From: an uncultured Nitrososphaerota archaeon
GTDB taxonomy: Archaea; Thermoproteota; Nitrososphaeria; Nitrososphaerales; Gagatemarchaeaceae
Direction of reading: 5' to 3'
Length of the DNA: 64,000 nt
Assembly: GCA_963703285.1 (NCBI GenBank)
Contig: OY969807.1
Coordinates: 480,001-544,000 of the forward strand
This document shows, piece after piece, positions 1-9,912 of the stretch. The notes under the pieces are model-generated. The model was not told the origin of the DNA. It did not search any database and saw nothing but the letters and a program-made list of their open reading frames with translations. The first letter of the stretch is position 1; each line of letters starts with the position of its first letter. Both the position numbers and the translations under genes were made by a program.

Positions 1-2
1 AC

Positions 3-353
3 GCGGGGCTGTCCAGGGGTTCGGTCTTCATAACGAACGCCGTGAAGTGCAGGCCTCCGTCGAACCGAAGACCGGCCCGGGGCGAGCTCGACTCCTGCCA
101 CCCCTACCTCCGGCGCCAGATCGAAGCCATCTCGCCGAGGGTCGTGGTGCTGCTCGGGGATACCGCGACCAAGGAGTTCTTCCCCGAGGTCACGCTGTCG
201 CGGGGGCACGGCTCCGCGGTGAGGAGGGGGTCGGTGGACTATCTCCCTACGTATCACCCGGCCTCGATAATCTACAACCCTTCACTGGAACGCGCGCTCC
301 GGGACGACTTCGCCAAACTGGCGACCCTGGCCGAAGGGGCCGGGTCGGGCTAG
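3..353 (+). CDS. udg: Uracil-DNA glycosylase family 4 (5'-truncated by window)
   Basis: FITNAVKCRPPSNR, VVVLLG and YHPA motifs typical of family-4 UDG; frame open from position 3. Confidence 0.9.
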   Translation, partial: AGLSRGSVFITNAVKCRPPSNRRPARGELDSCHPYLRRQIEAISPRVVVLLGDTATKEFFPEVTLSRGHGSAVRRGSVDYLPTYHPASIIYNPSLERALRDDFAKLATLAEGAGSG

Positions 354-955
354 GCCGGCTTGGCTTCGCCCGGCTTGGCGAGGTAGAGGTAGAGCGCCAC
401 GGCGAGCATGACTATCGCGAGGCCCATCCCGCCGAAGAAGGAGACCTTCCCGACCTCGTCCAGGACCAGGGGAAGTCCGAGGAGGAGCAGGATGGTTACG
501 ACGTTCCTGGCCTGGTCCTTCCTGATGGTCACCGAAGGAAGCATGAGGAAGCTGAAGAGGATTACGAGCGCGGGGAAGACGACGACGTATCGTCCGTTCA
601 GGACGTTCGTGGCGGCGGTGCCGAGGTCGAACCCCGCGGCGTACCAGGCCGAGAGAACCCCGAGGACCAGCGCGACCAGGGCCAGCTTCTGGAGCGTCGA
701 GCTCTCCTGGACGACCTTGGCCCTCCGCCTCGCCGGCTCGGTGTAGATCACGTCTAGGATGGCGCCGAAGACAACGGCGACGAACCCGACCAGGAAGACG
801 TAGGGGCTCTCCGCGACCTGGAGGAAGACGGTCTGCGGGAGGGTCGAGGAGATGCCGGTCTGCGCCCAGAGGACTATCGCGTATAGGCCGCTCACCGCGA
901 AGGGGACGAGGAAGAGGAGGAACGGTATGTCCTCCCGGTTCTGGCTGGCGCTCAT
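350..955 (-). CDS. Hypothetical multi-pass membrane protein
   Basis: 201-aa ORF with ~6 hydrophobic segments; ATG start with AT-rich box upstream. Confidence 0.75.
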   Translation of the reverse strand: MSASQNREDIPFLLFLVPFAVSGLYAIVLWAQTGISSTLPQTVFLQVAESPYVFLVGFVAVVFGAILDVIYTEPARRRAKVVQESSTLQKLALVALVLGVLSAWYAAGFDLGTAATNVLNGRYVVVFPALVILFSFLMLPSVTIRKDQARNVVTILLLLGLPLVLDEVGKVSFFGGMGLAIVMLAVALYLYLAKPGEAKPA

Positions 956-1019
956 CGAGTGGGCGACCGCACATAATGTCGGATTAAAACTCTTGCCATC
1001 TTTCGCCGAGACGGCGGGG

Positions 1020-1787
1020 CTAGACCGTCTTCCTCCCGAAGGTGACGTAGCAAGTGTGGCCTATCATGAACTGCGATGGGCGCGTCATCCCCGCCCTCGC
1101 TTCGAGGTTGCGGACCAAAACCTCCAGCGTCTCGACGTTGACGAAGGACTCCCCCTTCATCGTCTCGGTGAGCCTCTCGGCCTGGTTCATGGTGGGACAG
1201 ATGGCCGCCATCATCCCCGAGGGGGAGAGGGCGCCCTTGACGTTCCGCACGAGCTCCCAGGGGTCTCCCATGTCGACGAGGGCGGCGTCCAGGTCGCTCT
1301 CCTCGATTCCCTCCTTGGCGTCCTTCCCCCTGAGGGTGACCACGTCAAGCAGCCCGAACCTCTCCAGGTTCTTCCTCGCCACCTCCTGGAACTCCGCGTT
1401 GAGGTCGTAGCTGTAGACGCGCCCCGCCGGGGCGACCATGTAGGCGAAGGCCGCCGTCGCCGCGCCCGACCCGGTCCCCGCCTCGAAGACTCTGCTCCCC
1501 GAGTGGATGCCGCAGCGCATCACGATCATGCCCAGGTCCTTGGGGTAGATCACCTGCGTCTTCCTTGCGAACTTCATCACGATGTCCTCCAGGGTGGGCT
1601 TCAGGACGTAGACGGTGTCGTTCATCGTCGTTGTCGCGACGGTCCCGAAGGGCAGGCCTATGAGCGCGGTGCAGTCGAGTATCCCGAGGTGCGTGTGAAG
1701 CTTGGGCGTGTCTGCGGGGCGCACCAGCCACTTCCTCCTCCTGTCCCTGTACACGAGTATGTACGAGCCTGCGCTTATCGTCTCCAT
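1020..1787 (-). CDS. trmI: tRNA (adenine-N1)-methyltransferase
   Basis: QVIYPKD and EAGTGSG SAM motif; C-terminal GHT. Confidence 0.95.
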   Translation of the reverse strand: METISAGSYILVYRDRRRKWLVRPADTPKLHTHLGILDCTALIGLPFGTVATTTMNDTVYVLKPTLEDIVMKFARKTQVIYPKDLGMIVMRCGIHSGSRVFEAGTGSGAATAAFAYMVAPAGRVYSYDLNAEFQEVARKNLERFGLLDVVTLRGKDAKEGIEESDLDAALVDMGDPWELVRNVKGALSPSGMMAAICPTMNQAERLTETMKGESFVNVETLEVLVRNLEARAGMTRPSQFMIGHTCYVTFGRKTV

Positions 1788-1839
1788 CGACGGGCGCCCG
1801 TCTGCGACCGCCTTTTATTGTGAACGCGAGCCTCTCCGG

Positions 1840-2397
1840 TCAGGCCCGCCACCAGTCGAAGGCGAGGAACTCGACCTTCTCCCTGCTGCCGCTCACGACG
1901 GCGATGATGAACTGCTTCCTCACGGTGGTGGCCAGCCTCCCCGACCTGACCATGTCCATGGCGTTTATCTCGCTCCCGGCCTTCTCAACCTGCACTATGT
2001 ACGGGGCGTGGTCGATCCCGGGCCCGTGCTCGTAGACGGCGAAGTCGGTCCCGAACTTTATGCCCGGGGCCACGACGTAGCCCGCCTCCTTCAGCAGGCT
2101 GTAGACCCTGTACTTCTCCGCGAAGTCCGTGTACGAGTCCGCGCATATCTGCTCAAGCCTCTCGGCCTGGATGCCCTTGCCGCCCTGGTCCTCGACCCTG
2201 AGCTTCTTCTTCTTGACGAGGTAGTATCCCTCCATCAGGTCGAGGATCAGCGGCGCCTCGAACTCGAAGTCCTTCGGCTTTGGGATCCCGAGGGGCTTCC
2301 CGTAGTAGGCCTCCTTGAAGAGGCGCCTCGACGAGTCGATGTCCCAGACGACGATCCTGTTCTCGAATAGCCTTCCCGTGGACACCCTCGCTGTCAA
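1840..2397 (-). CDS. endA: tRNA-splicing endonuclease
   Basis: KFGTDFAVY, PGIDHAPY and GRLATTVRKQF catalytic motifs; TTG start at 2397 inferred. Confidence 0.92.
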   Translation of the reverse strand: MTARVSTGRLFENRIVVWDIDSSRRLFKEAYYGKPLGIPKPKDFEFEAPLILDLMEGYYLVKKKKLRVEDQGGKGIQAERLEQICADSYTDFAEKYRVYSLLKEAGYVVAPGIKFGTDFAVYEHGPGIDHAPYIVQVEKAGSEINAMDMVRSGRLATTVRKQFIIAVVSGSREKVEFLAFDWWRA

Positions 2398-2411
2398 AGC
2401 TCCTGCCCCGC

Positions 2412-3065
2412 CTAGACGCCGAGCGCCACTATCGTGGTCGAGTCTGCCGCCCGCATAGCCGCGTCGGAGGCGTCCTCGATGGACTGTATGACGTCCTTCA
2501 TCGCGATCAGCGCCCTGTAGCCGTTCATCGATTTCAGGACCTCGTTCATCAGGTCCCTCTGCTTGCCGTCTATCTCGCTCTCGATCTTCTGGATCTGCCC
2601 CGCCGTCTCTATGGCCTGGTCGGGGTTCATCGAGAGGGCGCGCACGCACTCGTTCTGCTTGGAGACCTCCTCGATGAGTAGGTTTAGGAGGTCCGAGAGC
2701 GGCTCCCTGTACTTCTTTATCTTGACGATGGACCGGTTGAGATGAGAGATCTTGAAGGCCGTCCCGTTGACGTAGCCGACTATCGATTCGATGAGGAACG
2801 CGAGCCTGAGGAGGTCCTCCTTGTTCAGGAGTAGGGTCCCGACCTGCGCGAGCTCCCTTATCAGGGACCTCCGCAGCGAGACGACGTCCTCCTCCGCCTT
2901 CTTGATCTTCTCCATCGAGGCCTTTAGCCCCGCCTTGTCGTTGCTGAGAAGGGCCTGCAGCTCCTCGTTCAGCACCCTCGATGCGTCCGTGTTTCTTCGT
3001 GCCATGTCCTCGAGAACGAGGAGAGTCCTCCTTCTGGCTTGGAGGTCCGCTTCAGAACCTGACAG
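2412..3065 (-). CDS. DUF47/PhoU-like phosphate transport regulator family protein
   Basis: All-helical repeat pattern (KEDLLRL, IESEID, IEDASD); frame open to a CTG at 3065, 40 nt from TTATAT box. Confidence 0.75.
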   Translation of the reverse strand: MSGSEADLQARRRTLLVLEDMARRNTDASRVLNEELQALLSNDKAGLKASMEKIKKAEEDVVSLRRSLIRELAQVGTLLLNKEDLLRLAFLIESIVGYVNGTAFKISHLNRSIVKIKKYREPLSDLLNLLIEEVSKQNECVRALSMNPDQAIETAGQIQKIESEIDGKQRDLMNEVLKSMNGYRALIAMKDVIQSIEDASDAAMRAADSTTIVALGV

Positions 3066-3133
3066 AGTCTTTTCCCCGCTGGGGTATGAAATTTATGCAA
3101 TATAAGCGTCACAAATTTCGGACGTTTTGCCAA

Positions 3134-4021
3134 TCAGCCCTTCGTGTCCTCGTCGCCCATCAGCCCCCTGAGGGGCTTCAGAAGCTCCGTGAACTCCGCC
3201 GGGATGATGTACTTGGTGGACGGGCTGTTGCCTATGGTCTTGAGCGTGTCGAGGTACTGGAGGGTCATCGTCTTCGCGTCTATGGTCTTCGCCGTGCCGA
3301 AGATGATCCCCAGGGACGTCGCGTAGCCCTCAGCGCGCAGAATCACCGCCTGCTTGTCTCCCTCGGCCTTGAGTATCGCCGACTTCTTGTCTCCCTCCGC
3401 CACGAGTATGGTCGACTCCCTCTTGCCGTCTGCCTCCAGGACCATGGCCCTCCTAGTCCTCTCGGCGGACATCTGCTTGACCATCGAGTCCTGGACGTCC
3501 TTCGGAGGTTTGATCTCCCTGATCTCGACGTTGGTGACCTTGATGCCCCACCTCTCGGTCACCTCATCCAGCTTCGTCCTGAGGATGCTGTTGATCTGGT
3601 CCCTCTTGGCCAGCAGCTCGTCGAGCGGGATGTCGCCGACGACGGACCTGAGGGTCGTGGTGGCGATGCCGACGGAAGCGCCCGCGAAGTTCTGCACCTG
3701 GACGATCGACTGGGCCGCGTCCATGACCTTGTAGTAGATCAGGAAGTCGATGTCCGTGGGCGCGTTGTCCTTGGTGATGCACGTCTGGTGGGGGACCTCG
3801 ATGTACCTCTCCCTCAGGTCGACCTTGTTGACCCTGTTGATGAACGGGAAGACGAAGACGATCCCGGGACCCCTCGCACCCACGAGCCGCCCTAGGGTGA
3901 AGAGGACGACCCTCTCGTACTCCCGGACCACCTTGATGGTCGACGCGATGAACCCTAGGACTATGAGGACGACTAGGATGAGGATGACGTACTCGGCGAT
4001 GGCCGTGGCCGACGCGAACGC
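3134..4021 (-). CDS. SPFH/stomatin (band 7) protein
   Basis: REYERVVLFTLGR, ITKDNA, TLRSVVG and ERWGIKV motifs; in-frame N-terminal TM helix extends upstream of ORF-track start, exact start uncertain. Confidence 0.9.
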   Translation of the reverse strand, partial: AFASATAIAEYVILILVVLIVLGFIASTIKVVREYERVVLFTLGRLVGARGPGIVFVFPFINRVNKVDLRERYIEVPHQTCITKDNAPTDIDFLIYYKVMDAAQSIVQVQNFAGASVGIATTTLRSVVGDIPLDELLAKRDQINSILRTKLDEVTERWGIKVTNVEIREIKPPKDVQDSMVKQMSAERTRRAMVLEADGKRESTILVAEGDKKSAILKAEGDKQAVILRAEGYATSLGIIFGTAKTIDAKTMTLQYLDTLKTIGNSPSTKYIIPAEFTELLKPLRGLMGDEDTKG

Positions 4022-4041
4022 AAGCGGTGAGAGGGTCGTAA

Positions 4042-5373
4042 CTAGACGCCTTCTACTACGAGCTTGTAACCGTCGGTCTCTTTAACCTTTACACGCGCAC
4101 CCTTCACCAGGTCCTGCTTGGATGTGACGGACCAGTCCTCCGAGTCTATGTTCGCCGTGCCCGTCGAGTTCGCCTTGACGTCTGACGTGAGGACTCCCTC
4201 CCTCCCGATCATCCGCTTCATCTCGAAGAGCCCCGTCTTCCTCCTCTCCAGGTCCCTCCTGAGCTTGTACAGGTAGAAGCTCCCTATGATGATCGCCACC
4301 CCGAGCACTCCGAGTATGGCGTAGGTGATGGGGCTCGGGCTCACGACGGCGGCTGGTGGGGTTATCCCCGTGGAGGTCGGGGCGGGCGTCACGGTGTTCT
4401 GGAAGACGAGCAGGACGCCGATGGCGAAGACGATGACCCCGCCGACGGCGCTTATCCCGTGATGCGTCTTGACCTCGAGGAAGATGAAGGCTGCGCCGAT
4501 GAACATGAGCAGGACCGCGGAGAGAGGGGCCCCGAAGTAGCCGAGCCCGATGAGAGCCATCACAATCGCCGCCGCGCCGGCGGCAGACAGGATGAAGGTC
4601 GGATGGAAGAGGTCGACCATGATCGCGAGGATGCCCGCGAGGAAGAGGACCGACGCGAGGTTGGGGTCGCTCAGGACGCTGATCAGCTCGGCGCTTATCC
4701 CCTCGTTCTCCGTGGGTGCGCTGGAGGGAACGCCCAGCGCGGCGAGGGCGGCGGAGACCGTGGACGCGTTCACGACGCCGTCCACCGCGTGGACCCTGAG
4801 GGCTCCGGTCGCGACGAAGGAGGCGTCGGAGCTGACCATTAGCGCCGTCGCGGTCCCGTTCCTGCCGAAGTACTGGGTGAGCGCCTGCATGTAGGTCGTG
4901 TAGGCGACGACGGAGCCCGTCTCGGATGTCGCCGCGACGTCCAGCGCGGACCCGATCGATGTCCCGTTCATCATGTAGACCTGGTTGGACGCCTCCGCCA
5001 CGAACGCGCCCGTGTCCACCGCGCCCGCGCCGTAGGGTCCCACGAGGGTGATGAACGTCCCCCCGCTCGACTCGTAGTTCGACATGGCCTGTATTATGCC
5101 GTCCATGCTCTCGTCGTCGCCGGCCACGCTGTTCAGCACGAGCACGACGTGGCTCGCCCCCGCGGACTGTGCGTCGCTTATCGACGAGGCGACGAAGGCC
5201 TCGGTGCCGGGGTCGATGTTCGCGTTGAGCGAGATCACGTAGTATGGAGGCGCGACCGACGTCTGCCCATGCGCCTGGCCTCCCATGGACACCAGCGCGA
5301 GCGCTCCCAGGAGCAGCGTGACCGCCAGGACTCGCCTCGTTCTCAACCAGGCCGCCTGATGTCTCGCGCGCAA
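4042..5373 (-). CDS. NfeD family membrane protein (ClpP-like N-terminus, TM region, C-terminal OB fold)
   Basis: Signal peptide, IDPGT, TM helices with FLEVKTHHG, C-terminal IGREG...EDW; canonical NfeD-stomatin pair. Confidence 0.88.
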   Translation of the reverse strand: MRARHQAAWLRTRRVLAVTLLLGALALVSMGGQAHGQTSVAPPYYVISLNANIDPGTEAFVASSISDAQSAGASHVVLVLNSVAGDDESMDGIIQAMSNYESSGGTFITLVGPYGAGAVDTGAFVAEASNQVYMMNGTSIGSALDVAATSETGSVVAYTTYMQALTQYFGRNGTATALMVSSDASFVATGALRVHAVDGVVNASTVSAALAALGVPSSAPTENEGISAELISVLSDPNLASVLFLAGILAIMVDLFHPTFILSAAGAAAIVMALIGLGYFGAPLSAVLLMFIGAAFIFLEVKTHHGISAVGGVIVFAIGVLLVFQNTVTPAPTSTGITPPAAVVSPSPITYAILGVLGVAIIIGSFYLYKLRRDLERRKTGLFEMKRMIGREGVLTSDVKANSTGTANIDSEDWSVTSKQDLVKGARVKVKETDGYKLVVEGV

Positions 5374-5412
5374 CCGACGGTAATTAATGTTCCCGCCTTG
5401 CCGCTGGACCGG

Positions 5413-6159
5413 TCAGCGGTTAAGGTCGTCGTCCCCGAGCGGAGAGACCTTGACGTAGAAGGGCTCGTCGGGGACGGTGGTCGTCCGGGAGATCAGTCCC
5501 TGGGACGCTAGGCGCTCGCACGCCTCCTTCACCTGGTCGGGGTCGAGGTCGCCGTCGAACTTCTTCTCGACCTCCCCCTCGATGGTCAGGACGCCCTTCT
5601 CCTGCATGTCGGAGAGGACCTGGAGGATTCTTCCCTCGAGGGAGTCCCTCTCCGGGGCTCGAGGGAGCATGTGTATCTGCTGCCTGCCGCCCTTGAGCCT
5701 CTCTATGACGGGAGCCCAGTCGTTCAGGTTCCTCGTCCTGGACCTTCCCGTCTCCTGCTCGACGAACTCGGTCTTCTTGACCACGCCGTTGTCGTTCCAC
5801 TGCACCTCGAGCTTCGGCGCGAGCCCTGGAGTGTGGTGCCCCTTCACGGATACTATCGACGAGAGCTTGATGGAGAGGTTCGCCGGGTCCTGGGGGATGT
5901 TCTCCAGGTCCTCGACGTCCGAGATGTAGAGCCTTTTCTTCCCCAGGGTCTCGAAGGGGTCCACCATCCCCACCGGGACGTCTACCTCGCTTTCCGAGCC
6001 GTGGGCGTAGACCAGCCTGAGGTTTGTGAGGATGAGGTTGCCCTCCGTCTCCTTGCCGACGTCCAGGTCCGCCTCCATCTCCTGGCGTACACCGACCCCG
6101 CGGTTGACCACAGCCTCCTCCTCTGCGAGGATCACCTCTTGCGAAGGGTTGCCTTCCAA
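5413..6159 (-). CDS. Hypothetical protein, PH/GRAM-like N-terminus plus winged-helix C-terminus
   Basis: EGNLILTNLRLVY; C-terminal ILQVL...VKEACERLASQGLI. Confidence 0.6.
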   Translation of the reverse strand: MEGNPSQEVILAEEEAVVNRGVGVRQEMEADLDVGKETEGNLILTNLRLVYAHGSESEVDVPVGMVDPFETLGKKRLYISDVEDLENIPQDPANLSIKLSSIVSVKGHHTPGLAPKLEVQWNDNGVVKKTEFVEQETGRSRTRNLNDWAPVIERLKGGRQQIHMLPRAPERDSLEGRILQVLSDMQEKGVLTIEGEVEKKFDGDLDPDQVKEACERLASQGLISRTTTVPDEPFYVKVSPLGDDDLNR

Positions 6160-6206
6160 ACCGGATTTTCGGCTTCGGACTGCATTATTAAAGCGTCTAG
6201 GCGAGC

Positions 6207-7962
6207 CTACTCCTTGATCTTCTTTTTCTGCAGCCCGTACATCTCGACTATCTCCTTCACCGTCGTCGCGTCCTCAGGCCGTTTCTCGTCCCTGACCTTC
6301 CCGGTGAACTTGGGGAACCTCGAGCGCGAGGCCGCTCCCCTCCCTTATGCTGTCCATCCCTGCGGGGTGGATTGGCGAGAGCGTGATCTCGGAGGCGATG
6401 GTCTCTATGACGACCTTCGGCCTGTACCAGACGTCGGGCACCAGCACCGACTCCACGTTGGGGGGTTTCACGGTGCTTTCATAGGGTTTCAGGAGCTTCG
6501 GGAACCTCTCCAGGTCCTCGTCGGAGAAACCCGTCCCGATTTTGCTTATGGTCGGGAAGTCGTTCTTCTTGTCGTCGTACGCCGCGAGCAGGTACGCTCC
6601 GTAGGCCCCCGCCCGCCTCCCCCTCCCGTGGTACGCGCCGACGATCGCCAGGTCTATGGTATCGGTGAGCTCGCTCCTGTACTCCCGCTTGAGCTTGATC
6701 CAACCGAATCCCCTGGCGCCGGCCGTGTAGACGGCGTCGGGGTCCTTGATCATCAGCCCCTCCCCGCCCTCCGATATCGCCTCCTCCATGTACCTCTCTA
6801 TCTCCTCCGCGCTGCTCGTCCTTATGGCGGGGACCGGCCTCGTGTAATCGGTCGCGCGGACGATCTTCTCCAGCTCCGCCCTCCTGACCGTGTATGTCTC
6901 TCCCGTGAGGTCCCTCCCCTCCGAGAACATCACGTCGAAGAAGTTGATGGCGACGGGATACTCCTTCATCGCGTCCTGGATGCCGTGCTTTCGTCTCCTG
7001 TGCATCAGCTCCTGGAACGGGTAGTACTCCCCTGTCTCTGTGTTCACGGCCACGACCTCGCCCTCGAGTATGGCCCGCCTGCTCCTGACGTAGTCGACCG
7101 CGTACCGCGCGACGTCGGGGTAGGTGGGAGTGATCTTCTCCAGCCTGCGCGAGAAGAGCTCGACCTTGCCGGAGTCCTTGTGTATCTGGACCCTCTCGCC
7201 GTCGAGCTTGTACTCGGCCGCAACCTCGCCGCCGATCTTCTCGAGTATCTCCTTGGCGCTGCTCAGCCTCTCCGCGAGCATGGGCCTGATGGGCTTCCCC
7301 ACGTGCACTCGGACGCCCTCGACACCTGCCAGCCCCTTCTCGGCCGCGAGCTGGACGACGAAGCCAAGGTCGGAGGTGACGTTGTAGGCGCGCTCCAGGC
7401 TCTTCCTGTGCTCCTTGCCTCCTAGGAGCGCGGCCGCACAGGCATCCAGGATAGTGTAGTCTGCTACTCCCAGCCTCAGCTCTCCCACGGCGGTGCGGAG
7501 GATGTACCTGGCCTCCCTGGGCGTCGCGTCGCTGAGGAGGCCCACGAGCTCCTTGAGCTTGGACTCGATCGAGCCGCTCCCGGAGATCTGCGAGATCGCG
7601 TAGAGCCCGTCGTAAACCCTCTTCAGGGTGAGGGGTTCTGACGCGAGGTGTCGCTGCCTCCCGTCGGCAAGGAGGGCCTCCGCTGCGGTCCCCAGGTCCC
7701 CCGCTTCGACGTAGGCCCGCTTGACGGATTCGGGCGACGCTCCAGACGCCGTCGCGAGCGCGCGGACCGCGAACTTCTCGGCGATGCCGAGCTCGACGCC
7801 CTCGTAGTCAGGCTTGAGCTTCCCCTGGGTTAGGTACACGAGCATGGGGAGCTCACCGATGGGGGCGTCCCTCAAGAGAGACGCGAGGACCTCGGTGATC
7901 GCGAGCCTGCCGCTGAGCGACTCGAGCTTGGCGTAGGCGTCCGCGACCTCCGAGAACTTCAA
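6207..7962 (-). CDS. lig: ATP-dependent DNA ligase (one-base frameshift near 6322, probably artefactual)
   Basis: [14 protein letters not shown] and WIKLK; removing one base restores LRFPKF...KIKE*. Confidence 0.95.
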
Positions 7963-8032
7963 GCGCAGGAAGCGCGGCCGCGCTTCTTTTTTATGTTGCG
8001 CGGGTGCTCAGGGAAGGCTGTCAACTCCTCCT

Positions 8033-9580
8033 TCAGTCGGGAGGGATCTCCCTGAAGAGGAGGGAGATGTCCAGTCCACCGCGGAGGTGATACCGTCTCG
8101 ACGCGGCGTAGATTGCGACGCCCGCCACGAACGTCGCTGCGATGTATCCATAGGCGAGCGGGTTCCCTCCCCACACCGTCGGGGCTGAGAGGAACTCGTA
8201 GGCCAGGAAGAGGAAGACGGCCGCCATCAGCGCGCCCGAGACGAGGAGGGTTCTCCTGGCGGACCCCCTCTCCTTCCTGAACCCGTAGACGGCGGCCGCC
8301 GCGCCGACGAAGGCGAAGTAGAACATCGAGGCGAGGATGGCGCCGTAGAGCGAGGAGAGAGTTCCGTAGACGAAGGCCGCGAGGCCGATCAGGACCACCG
8401 TCACCGCGAGGTCGAGGAGGTGAGCGTAGACGGGTGACGCGAACCTCTCGCTGACGTAGCCGAGCTTGGCGGGAAGGAACCTGTCGAAGGACTGGGCCAT
8501 CATGTACCTCGAGATGGTGATTATCCCGAAGGCGAGTATCGCCACCACCCAGAGTATCCAGCCGAGCCCTATGAGGAGCTTCAGCGCGGTGACCTGGGTG
8601 ACGCCCATCGCCAGCGTCCAGAAGTTGAAGGAGGCGGAGTAGACGAGGCTGCTGTTGGAGAGGGCTGCATCGGTGAAGCCGAACCCCCCGACGTAGTACA
8701 TCACCGCGAGCGGGACCGTGACGACGAGCATCGCGAGGAGTGCGGAGATGGGCGCGTTCCAGGTGACGGCGCTCCTCCCCTTCAGCTCGGAGCCCACCGA
8801 GGCCGAGGCGTTGAACCAGGGGTAGACGAAGATTGCGAAGAAGGGGAGTATGGAGACGGTCGCCGCGAGGTCGAAGCCGCGGCCGGTGTAGGAGTTGGCG
8901 ACCGACGCGTAGGTTATCGGGTTGCCGTTCGAGCCGGTCAGTCCCAGGCCGTTGACATAATCCGCGACTCCTCCCCTCCCGGCGGCCAGGAGCGTCCCCA
9001 TGGAGACGAGGAGGGTCACGACCCCCACCAGCATGAGCACGGAGATGAGCCTGAAGCCCAGTCTGGGCCGGACGATGTTGAGCGCTATGAGACACGCGAA
9101 GATCGCCGCGGCGAGCGAGAACTGGTCGAGGGGGGCCGACCCCGCCACCGCCAGGCCGCTGAACGCGGAGCCCCCCATCGACACGCCGACCGACCCAATG
9201 GCGAAGACCACCGAGAGCGCTATCAGCGCCAGGTAGGGCATCGTCTCCATGGTGATTCCCATGAACGTCACGGAACTCCCGACGAGGCCGCCCAGGGACC
9301 TCGACATCCAGACGTAGTCGCCGCCCGTCCTCGACGTCCTCCTCGACATCATCGTGTAGACGATCACCTGCGGGATGGTGATCAGGAACCCTATGAGGGA
9401 GGCGTAGACGAGGTTCACCCCGGAGACCGAAGGTAGAAGGACGAGGGTGAACCCGAGGAGGGAGAGCGCGGCGCCCGTGGACATGTAGCTGACGTTCACG
9501 GCCACGGCGTCGAAGAGGGAGACGGTCTTCACGAGCCCGGTGCTCTGCCTGGCGAATCCTGCGCCGCCCTCGGATGCCAC
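8033..9580 (-). CDS. APC-family amino acid permease
   Basis: FARQSTGLVK, RTGGDYVWMSR and SFDRFLP; ~12 TM segments. Confidence 0.9.
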   Translation of the reverse strand: MASEGGAGFARQSTGLVKTVSLFDAVAVNVSYMSTGAALSLLGFTLVLLPSVSGVNLVYASLIGFLITIPQVIVYTMMSRRTSRTGGDYVWMSRSLGGLVGSSVTFMGITMETMPYLALIALSVVFAIGSVGVSMGGSAFSGLAVAGSAPLDQFSLAAAIFACLIALNIVRPRLGFRLISVLMLVGVVTLLVSMGTLLAAGRGGVADYVNGLGLTGSNGNPITYASVANSYTGRGFDLAATVSILPFFAIFVYPWFNASASVGSELKGRSAVTWNAPISALLAMLVVTVPLAVMYYVGGFGFTDAALSNSSLVYSASFNFWTLAMGVTQVTALKLLIGLGWILWVVAILAFGIITISRYMMAQSFDRFLPAKLGYVSERFASPVYAHLLDLAVTVVLIGLAAFVYGTLSSLYGAILASMFYFAFVGAAAAVYGFRKERGSARRTLLVSGALMAAVFLFLAYEFLSAPTVWGGNPLAYGYIAATFVAGVAIYAASRRYHLRGGLDISLLFREIPPD

Positions 9581-9714
9581 GATGCTACCCCAGGAGAGCC
9601 ACGAATAAGTTTTGATTCCCTCTCGGACTTTTCGGATGAACGAGGAGAATCTCCGGCCGGCCTCCCCGAGCGACACCTCTTTAGACTTGGGGCGCGTGGG
9701 CGCGGCGTCTCAAA

Positions 9715-9906
9715 TTGCGGTGGTCGGTCAGGCTGATGGTCATCGGCGTGTTGGTAATCCTGGTGGGTTTCCTCCCCATCTACTTCTCAGGTCTGACGAT
9801 CGGCACTCTCGAGAGCGCCGCCTCGTTCTTCGCCGTAGGCCTGCTGATCCTGCTCGTCGGCATCATGCTGCGGACCCTCAGGAAGACGTTCCAGCCGGGG
9901 CCCTAG
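9715..9906 (+). CDS. Small two-TM membrane protein
   Basis: 63-aa hydrophobic ORF filling the intergenic gap. Confidence 0.55.
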   Translation: MRWSVRLMVIGVLVILVGFLPIYFSGLTIGTLESAASFFAVGLLILLVGIMLRTLRKTFQPGP

Positions 9907-9912
9907 CGGACC

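Noticed and set aside
5671-7425. Long antisense ORFs (also 35664-37181, 30801-31766 and others)
   Set aside because: They are typical high-GC shadow frames opposite well-supported genes.
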